64,000 nt of DNA from Parcubacteria bacterium GBS-2 (GTDB lineage: Bacteria; Patescibacteriota; Minisyncoccia; Minisyncoccales; GBS-2). The translations under genes were made by a program, and so were the position numbers. The stretch's first letter is position 1; each line of letters starts with the position of its first letter. Where the stretch lies: contig LEKP01000001.1 of NCBI GenBank assembly GCA_001443025.1, positions 161,889 to 225,888 on the forward strand, given 5' to 3'. Below are positions 57,920 through 64,000 of the stretch, in pieces. The notes under the pieces are model-generated. The model was given only the letters and a program-made list of their open reading frames with translations, was not told the DNA's origin and ran no database searches.

Positions 57920-60736
57920 ATGAAGTTTTATCTTGCGGAAATTAAAAAAGAAGAGGATTTAAAAAGGCTTTTTATTGAAAAATGGAACTGGAATTTTCCT
58001 AAAATTTCTAATTTATTTTTTAATTTTCCAGAAGAGATTAAAAACAAAATAGCTGACTTTTCTCTTTTGGTAGAAAAAGAAAATTTTAAAATTCTTTTTT
58101 TCAATCTCCATAACTTAACGAATCCAGAAAAAGAACTCAAAAAACTTGAACGAAAAATTATTACTCACCCTGAACTTAAAAGTAATGTAGATACATCCGT
58201 TTTTATTTTTAGTGGAAACAATTTCGAATATTTAGATTTTGTTAAAGGAGAAAAGATAGGAACTAATGTTAAAACTAAAAGATTTTTTATTTCTCCAGAA
58301 AATCGAGACAAATTAAGAACTCCTTGCGAACAATTAGAAAACTTAAAATTAGAGCCCTCAAAGATTTCTTACTCTTACATTAAAAGTAAGATTGAAGAAG
58401 CCTTTAGCGTTGAAGCAGTTACTGAAAGATTTTACAAAGAGTATATTGAGATTTTTCAAAAGATCAAAAAAATTTTAATCAAGCAAAAAGTAGACATCAG
58501 AGAAAAAGAAAGAGAGAGCAAATTAAGAGATTTTATTCATCAAATTTTGAACCGAATAATGTTTCTCTATTTTGTTCAAAAAAGAGGATGTTTTGGAGGT
58601 GATAAAAACTTTTTAGCAAATTTTTGGGACGATTATAAAAGTAAATTTAAAGGTCAAAATAAATTTCATTCTGATTGGTTAAATGTTTTATTTTTTGATG
58701 CTCTCTCTAGACCATCTAGGCCTTTTGAAGAAAAGAAAGATCTTGGTAGATTTAATGAAATTTTAAAAAACGTCCCTTATTTAAACGGTGGTTTGTTTGA
58801 AAAAGATGAACTAGACGAGATTGGTTGGAAAATTCCAGATGAGCTCTTTGATGATATTTTTGACTTTTTTGAAAGTTACAATTTTACTATCGAAGAAAAT
58901 ACCCCTTTTGAGATTGATATTGCTATCAATCCTGAAATGCTTGGGAACATTTATGAACACTTAGTAAGTGTTGAAGAAATAGAGGAACAAGCAAGGGCTG
59001 GGATTTTTTACACTCCAAAAGTTGAAATTGATTTAATGATAAGAAGATCTCTGGTTGAATTTTTATTCAATAAAACAAAGATTTCAAAAGAAAAATTATA
59101 TCAATTTGTGTTTCCAGAAGAAGAATCTCAAATAAAAGATCCTTTTACAAAAGAAGAGGCAGAAAAAGTTTTAAAAGAATTGGATGAAATTTTAATTTTA
59201 GATCCTGCTTGTGGATCTGGGCATTATCTAGTAGTGGCTGAGCAAATTCTTTATGAGTTAAAAAAAGTTTTATGGGAAAAATTAAAAATGGCACATTCGA
59301 GCAAGTATGAAGAAAAGAAAAAGATCATCGAGAAAAATATTTATGGAAATGATATTAAACAATGGGCAGTAAACATTGCAAAATTAAGGTTGTGGCTTGA
59401 TCTTTTCGTAGACGCTGAAGAAGAACTTTTAACTAATAAAACTTACCCCCTTTTGCCTAACCTAAATTTTAAAATTAGGTATGGAGATAGTTTAGTTCAA
59501 AGATTAGGAAAAGAATTAATTACCTTGCGCAGTTTTATAACTTTAAATAAGGACGAAGTGAATCTTTTAAAGGAAATTCAAAAAAATAAAGTTAAAGTGT
59601 ATAAAAACGAAATAAGTGCAAAATTAGTAATAAGCAGAGAAAAGGATTTGTTTTTTAAAATTATTAAACGAAAAGAAATCAATATTCAGAAAGATATTCA
59701 AAGTTTGAATGTAGCAAAATATAAACGTAACATATGGGGAAATGTTGAATTAGATATTAACAAACAAAAGGAAATAGATGAGAAAAAACAAGAGCTTAAA
59801 TATTTGAAAGAATTTGAAAATTATATAAAAAATGAATTAGCTAAAAACAAAGAAATTCCTATGATTTGGGATTTGGCTTTTGCTGAAGTTTTTCAAATGA
59901 AAAAAGGATTTGATATTGTTATCGCAAATCCACCTTATGTGAGACAAGAAAGAATTGAAGATTTGCAGGGGTTTTATTCAAAAAAAGAATACAAAGAAAA
60001 ACTCATAGAACAAACTAAATTAGATTGGAGCTATGATTATGAAGGCCGTTCAAAATTTGGAACAAAATCTCCAATTCCAGAAAAATTTGATAAAAAATGC
60101 GACCTTTATGTTTATTTTTATTTGAAAGGATTAAAACTTTTAAATCCAGACGGAGTTTTGTGTTATATTTCTTCAAATTCTTGGTTAGATGTTGGTTTTG
60201 GAAGAGTATTGCAAGAAGTTTTAATTAAAAGATGTCCAATAGTTGCAATTTATGATAATCAAGTTAAAAGGTCGTTTAAACATGCCGATGTAAATACAAT
60301 TATTGCTGTAATTAAAGCACCAAAAGAAAAAGATTTTGATGAAGAAGTAAAAAATAATGAAGTGAAGTTTGTAATGTTCAAAAAACCCTTTGAAGAGATA
60401 ATGTATTCTGAAATTTTTATTGATTTGGAAAAAAATTACAATTTGAAAGAATTTCAAGAAGGAAAAAGAAGAGAAAATGAAATTTATAGATTACACATTG
60501 TTAATCAAAAAGATTTGTGGGAATTTGGTAAAGATGAAAAAACTGGAGAATATACAGGCAATAAATGGGGCGGAAAATATTTAAGAGCACCAGAAATTTA
60601 TTGGAAAATTTTAGAAAAAGGAAAGGGAAAATTGGTAAGATTGGGAGATATTGCTGAAGTTCGTCGTGGATTTACAACCGGCGCCAACGAATTTTTTTAT
60701 GTGGAGGATGTAACAGATAAAATTGAAGATGAATGA
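57920..60736 (+). CDS. Eco57I/type IIG-like gamma-class N6-adenine DNA methyltransferase, N-terminal part (ends inside the specificity domain)
   Basis: Helical N-domain (ILNRIMFLYFVQKRG), FYTPKVEIDLM, motif I ILDPACGSGHYL, NIYGNDI, motif IV DIVIANPPYVRQE and RRGFTTGANEFFYV, followed by a stop after 10 more codons. Confidence 0.8.
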   Translation: MKFYLAEIKKEEDLKRLFIEKWNWNFPKISNLFFNFPEEIKNKIADFSLLVEKENFKILFFNLHNLTNPEKELKKLERKIITHPELKSNVDTSVFIFSGNNFEYLDFVKGEKIGTNVKTKRFFISPENRDKLRTPCEQLENLKLEPSKISYSYIKSKIEEAFSVEAVTERFYKEYIEIFQKIKKILIKQKVDIREKERESKLRDFIHQILNRIMFLYFVQKRGCFGGDKNFLANFWDDYKSKFKGQNKFHSDWLNVLFFDALSRPSRPFEEKKDLGRFNEILKNVPYLNGGLFEKDELDEIGWKIPDELFDDIFDFFESYNFTIEENTPFEIDIAINPEMLGNIYEHLVSVEEIEEQARAGIFYTPKVEIDLMIRRSLVEFLFNKTKISKEKLYQFVFPEEESQIKDPFTKEEAEKVLKELDEILILDPACGSGHYLVVAEQILYELKKVLWEKLKMAHSSKYEEKKKIIEKNIYGNDIKQWAVNIAKLRLWLDLFVDAEEELLTNKTYPLLPNLNFKIRYGDSLVQRLGKELITLRSFITLNKDEVNLLKEIQKNKVKVYKNEISAKLVISREKDLFFKIIKRKEINIQKDIQSLNVAKYKRNIWGNVELDINKQKEIDEKKQELKYLKEFENYIKNELAKNKEIPMIWDLAFAEVFQMKKGFDIVIANPPYVRQERIEDLQGFYSKKEYKEKLIEQTKLDWSYDYEGRSKFGTKSPIPEKFDKKCDLYVYFYLKGLKLLNPDGVLCYISSNSWLDVGFGRVLQEVLIKRCPIVAIYDNQVKRSFKHADVNTIIAVIKAPKEKDFDEEVKNNEVKFVMFKKPFEEIMYSEIFIDLEKNYNLKEFQEGKRRENEIYRLHIVNQKDLWEFGKDEKTGEYTGNKWGGKYLRAPEIYWKILEKGKGKLVRLGDIAEVRRGFTTGANEFFYVEDVTDKIEDE

Positions 60737-61334
60737 AAAAATTAAAACATTTTATAATCGTAATAAACCAATAATACTTTTAATATTAGCCTTTATCTGT
60801 GTTGTTTTGGATTTTATATGGTGGAAAATTTTTATTAAATCATCATATGATTTTATATTATTCATTACCTTTTTAGCCATTTTATGGTATAGTTGGGAGA
60901 CTAAAAAACTTAGAGAAGAAACTGCCTCTCAAAAGCACCTGAATGTTTTTCCATTTTTAGTAGTAAAGGAGTATGATGACGGATTGTATGTAGTGAATAT
61001 TGGACGTGGTCCTGCAATGTGGCCTGAAGTGTCTGGAGATTTTACTATAGGTACACCATCTTTTTTATATTCACGAGTAATTCCTACAATTTTTGATGAT
61101 CCTTATGCAAAAATCCGTTTGTTTCCAATTTCTGTTGGTGAATTAGAGAGCCGGGAGGATTATCAAAAAGAAAAAGAAAATAAAAAGAACGAAAAAAGAA
61201 ACACTATTGATTCTCAAATTTCGTCCAAAAGAGGTGAAATAATATTAAAATATAAGGATATTTATGAAAAAACGTACGTCAGTAAAATTCAATTGACTCC
61301 ACTTGGCCCATATTTAGAAGAGTATAAATTTTGA
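60729..61334 (+). CDS. Two-TM hypothetical protein embedded between the methyltransferase halves
   Basis: The ATG at 60729 overlaps the upstream stop (TGA 60734-60736). Two N-terminal TM helices and a soluble domain of about 130 aa with no recognised family. It ends 6 nt before the next ATG. Confidence 0.5.
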   Translation: MNEKIKTFYNRNKPIILLILAFICVVLDFIWWKIFIKSSYDFILFITFLAILWYSWETKKLREETASQKHLNVFPFLVVKEYDDGLYVVNIGRGPAMWPEVSGDFTIGTPSFLYSRVIPTIFDDPYAKIRLFPISVGELESREDYQKEKENKKNEKRNTIDSQISSKRGEIILKYKDIYEKTYVSKIQLTPLGPYLEEYKF

Positions 61335-61340
61335 AGAATT

Positions 61341-62186
61341 ATGAAATTTTCAGAAATCAAACACAAAATTAAAAATTTAGGAGAGTTTAAGAGTTTAGAA
61401 GAAATTAAAAAAGCAGGGTTGAGAATTGTAAGAAATACAAAAACAGGTGATTATTGGTTGATTGAGGAAGAATTTTTGAAACCGGTGATAAAGAGCCCGA
61501 GAGAGTGCAAAACAATTTTGATTAAACCCGAAGATTTAAAGTATAAAGTTTTGATGGTGCATAAATCAAAAGAAGAATTAAAAGGGAAAAAAGTTTTAGA
61601 TTATATTGAATGGGGAGAAAAACAAGGATTTCATAAAAGACCAACTTGTAAAAGTAGAAAATGGTGGTGGAGCTTAGAAGAATATGCTTCTGAGTTTTTG
61701 TGGTGGGTTAATATAGGAGATAGATATTTGCTTTTTTGGAATAAAAAACGACTTATATCAGATAAAATGTTTTACAATATCTATCCCAAAATTAAATATT
61801 CTTATTGTTTCGCTGTATCTTTAAATTGTACATTAACTAGGCTGAATGCTGAAATATATGGTCAAGAAATGACAGGAGCAATTACGGTTTTAACTCACAC
61901 CGTAGAAATGATGAAAAAGATAGAAGTATTACACCCAGAAATTCTTGAGATTGAGAAGTGCAAAAAGATTAATTTTAACAGAAATGTTAAAATCCATTTC
62001 ACCGAACTCGGTTTCGACCCCAACAAACCAATTCGCGAGCAAGAACCAAATCCTTTACCGGATAGAAAAGCATTAGATGATATTGTTTTTGATGCTTTGG
62101 GTTTAACTGAGGAAGAAAGAAAAGAAGTTTATTGGGCAGTTGCAGAATTAGTTCAAAATAGATTAAAAAAGGCAAAATCAGTGTAA
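61341..62186 (+). CDS. Methyltransferase C-terminal (target-recognition-like) part as a separate ORF
   Basis: EEEFLKPVIKSPRECKTILIKPEDL...VLDYIEWGEKQGFHKRPTCKSRKWWWSL...SLNCTLTRLNAEIYGQ. This pattern normally follows the RGxTTGxNxFF motif in single-chain enzymes of this family. Confidence 0.6.
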   Translation: MKFSEIKHKIKNLGEFKSLEEIKKAGLRIVRNTKTGDYWLIEEEFLKPVIKSPRECKTILIKPEDLKYKVLMVHKSKEELKGKKVLDYIEWGEKQGFHKRPTCKSRKWWWSLEEYASEFLWWVNIGDRYLLFWNKKRLISDKMFYNIYPKIKYSYCFAVSLNCTLTRLNAEIYGQEMTGAITVLTHTVEMMKKIEVLHPEILEIEKCKKINFNRNVKIHFTELGFDPNKPIREQEPNPLPDRKALDDIVFDALGLTEEERKEVYWAVAELVQNRLKKAKSV

Positions 62187-62233
62187 ATTTATGGTAACAC
62201 TTGTGATACTTTATTCAGTTATGGTAACACTTT

Positions 62234-62262
62234 TTGGTTTTTCTGTTACTTTGTGATAAAAT
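62234..62262 (+). promoter_or_regulatory. Promoter of the Fic gene (leaderless geometry)
   Basis: TTGGTT (62234-62239), 17 nt, TGaTAAAAT (-10 at 62257-62262), then 8 nt to ATG 62271. Confidence 0.45.
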
Positions 62263-62270
62263 ATTGACTG

Positions 62271-63332
62271 ATGAAACCGTACCATCCGCCAAAATTACCA
62301 GTAAAATTAGAACCAAGTAAGTTTTACTTAGAATTAGCTGATGCAAGTTTAGAATTGGGAAATTTAAATGGGCTTTGCCAAAATTTACCCAATCCTTCTA
62401 TTTTAATTGCTCCTCTTTTATCTAAAGAGGCAACTGTGAGTTCTAAAATCGAAGGAACAAGATCAACCGTTTCTGATGTTTTAAAATTTGAGGCAACCGG
62501 AATTCCTAAATATGATGATACAATTGAAGTTTCAAACTATAAAAGGGCAATGCTAATGGCAATTGACGTCCTAAAGGAGAGAAAATTAGATTTGAGTTTT
62601 ATTAAAACTTTACATCAAATACTTTTAGAAAGAGCGCGAGGTTATCAAAAAAGAGGAAAATTTAGAGAAGTTCAAGTTTGGGTTGGAGTCAAAGGAGCAA
62701 AAATAGAAGAAGCAAGTTATATTCCTCCAGAACCTTTCTTGGTTCCAGAGTATATGGAAAATTTAGAGAATTATATTTTGAGCGAAAATCAGGAGCATCC
62801 TTTAGTTAAAATTGCGATTATCCATTATCAGTTTGAGGCAATTCATCCTTTTGAAGATGGAAACGGAAGGATTGGAAGGTTATTAATTCCTCTCTACCTT
62901 TATTGGAAAAAAATTTTAAATTTACCAATTTTGTATATTAGTGGTTATTTTGAAAGATATAGAGATGAATATATTGATAAGTTAAATTATGTAGACAAAA
63001 CTCAAAACTACGAAGAATGGATTAAATTTTTTTTAATTTCTATTAGGAATCAATCTAAGCAGACACAAACTTTGATATACAAGATTTTGAAATTGAAAGA
63101 AAATGTTGAGGAAAAAATTAAAAAGATAAAATCTCCTTACAAACAGGAAGTTATAAATTTGATGTTTTCAAAACCATTCTTTCGGAGAAGTGATTTGAAA
63201 CTTGAGAAAATGACCTCAATTCGGCTACTGAAAAAACTTGTTTCTTTTGGTATTTTGGAAGAACTGGATATTAAAGGAATAAAAGGGAAAGTTTACGTTT
63301 TTAATGAATTAGTTAAAATTTTATCTTACTAA
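62271..63332 (+). CDS. Fic-family protein (AMPylase-type)
   Basis: Canonical Fic motif HPFEDGNGRIGR, plus a C-terminal winged-helix-like tail. Confidence 0.88.
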   Translation: MKPYHPPKLPVKLEPSKFYLELADASLELGNLNGLCQNLPNPSILIAPLLSKEATVSSKIEGTRSTVSDVLKFEATGIPKYDDTIEVSNYKRAMLMAIDVLKERKLDLSFIKTLHQILLERARGYQKRGKFREVQVWVGVKGAKIEEASYIPPEPFLVPEYMENLENYILSENQEHPLVKIAIIHYQFEAIHPFEDGNGRIGRLLIPLYLYWKKILNLPILYISGYFERYRDEYIDKLNYVDKTQNYEEWIKFFLISIRNQSKQTQTLIYKILKLKENVEEKIKKIKSPYKQEVINLMFSKPFFRRSDLKLEKMTSIRLLKKLVSFGILEELDIKGIKGKVYVFNELVKILSY

Positions 63333-63334
63333 AG

Positions 63335-64000
63335 ATGCATGACATAATTGACAATTCAAAAATTAAATTGGTTGATGTTTTAAGAGAGAAGATTTCTATT
63401 TCAAAAAGAGCAAGGTTTGCTGTAGGTTGGTTATTTTTAAGTGGTTTTAGAGAATTGAGAAATGAAATTGAGAATCTTGAAAAATTAGAAATTTTGGCTG
63501 GTTCAAGAACTAATAAACAAACCGCAGAAGCGATACTTTTGGAGAAAAAATGGGAAAAAGCAGTAAAAGATACTTTAGAAAAAACACGATATTTACCAGA
63601 AGAAAAAAGAAAAGAGATTTTGGAAGAGGAATTTAGAGGATTAATGAATGATTTAAGTTATATTAAACCAACTCAAGAAAATATCGAGTTTTTGAAATGG
63701 TTCTTAGAAAAACTAAGGGAGAAAAAAATTGAAATTAGAATTTACTATAAAGAACCACTTCACGCAAAACTTTACTTGTTTGAGTACAAAGACAAAAAGT
63801 ATGGATTAGGAGAGGCAATTGTGGGATCGAGCAATTTCTCAGTGAGTGGGTTTGAGTTAAATACAGAATTGAATGTTAGAGTTTTGGGTGATGAAAACTA
63901 TATATTGTTGAACAATTGGTTTGAAGAAAGATGGAAAGAAGCCGAACTGACCGAATTTACTGAATTAGCTCAATTGGCAATCGAAAAATCTTGGGCTTTT
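63335..64000 (+). CDS. PLD-family nuclease domain protein, 3' end beyond the window (likely N-terminus of a PLD-helicase)
   Basis: Not in the ORF track because no stop is reached. Hand translation gives MHDIIDNSKIKLVDVL...RFAVGWLFLSGF...HAKLYLFEYKDKKYGLGEAIVGSSNFS, the HxK(x)4D...GSxN PLD motif. It starts 2 nt after the Fic stop. Confidence 0.7.
   Translation, partial: MHDIIDNSKIKLVDVLREKISISKRARFAVGWLFLSGFRELRNEIENLEKLEILAGSRTNKQTAEAILLEKKWEKAVKDTLEKTRYLPEEKRKEILEEEFRGLMNDLSYIKPTQENIEFLKWFLEKLREKKIEIRIYYKEPLHAKLYLFEYKDKKYGLGEAIVGSSNFSVSGFELNTELNVRVLGDENYILLNNWFEERWKEAELTEFTELAQLAIEKSWAF

Noticed and set aside
60737-61340. Intein, group I/II intron or transposon as the cause of the methyltransferase split.
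   Set aside because: The intervening sequence is an ordinary AT-rich ORF with its own overlapping start. It has no intein splice motifs, no intron-like structure, no terminal inverted repeats and no transposase or homing-endonuclease motifs.

Overview
AT-rich, very compact bacterial chromosome segment. Hand counts give about 25-32% G+C in typical 60-nt lines. Almost all genes are on the plus strand, and many are coupled by ATGA or 4-35 nt overlaps. The standard code applies: UGA is used as a stop and the tRNA-Trp has anticodon CCA. My inference is a Patescibacteria/CPR (Parcubacteria-like) genome. This rests on short ribosomal proteins, a DUF5667 protein, CGNGxCE Cys-rich repeat proteins, archaeal-type IPK, DRG GTPase and Prx, and many TM-anchored hypothetical proteins. 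Layout: (1) 1-20.8 kb is core. It holds the S13-S11-S4-rpoA-L17-L13-S9 operon, two mreB paralogues, holB, frr, rseP, proS, gatCA, a tRNA cluster (fMet, Met/Ile2, Asp), two tandem KH-domain genes, trmD, tRNA-Trp, pcm, mltG and rplJL. (2) 20.8-23.1 kb holds two minus-strand genes; one is G+C-rich with a long structured leader. (3) 23.2-29.4 kb is a sortase-linked surface-protein cluster. (4) 29.5-47.5 kb is mixed housekeeping: tRNA-Val, IPK, plsY, greA, xseAB, tgt and others. (5) 47.6-52.7 kb is a secreted-protein operon that includes a Kazal domain. (6) 52.7-55.4 kb is an oxidative-stress island: Fur-family regulator, stand-alone NrdD C-terminal module, Prx, rubrerythrin and desulfoferrodoxin. 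(7) 55.5-64 kb is a defence island. It contains AbiEi/AbiEii, an N6-adenine methyltransferase split by an embedded membrane-protein gene, Fic, and a PLD-nuclease N-terminus that runs off the window. The findings I rate highest: a C-terminal decapeptide (VITKGAVVTY) conserved at protein level but not at synonymous sites in two adjacent secreted proteins next to a sortase; a family of about 120-nt stop-codon-rich branched hairpin elements inserted in tRNA spacers and in the rplJ leader, one of which carries a '23S IVS' four-helix-bundle gene; near-universal leaderless promoter geometry (TTGACA-N17-TAAAAT-N6-10-ATG); the split methyltransferase; and the stand-alone glycyl-radical module. No CRISPR array, rRNA gene or recognisable transposase was seen.
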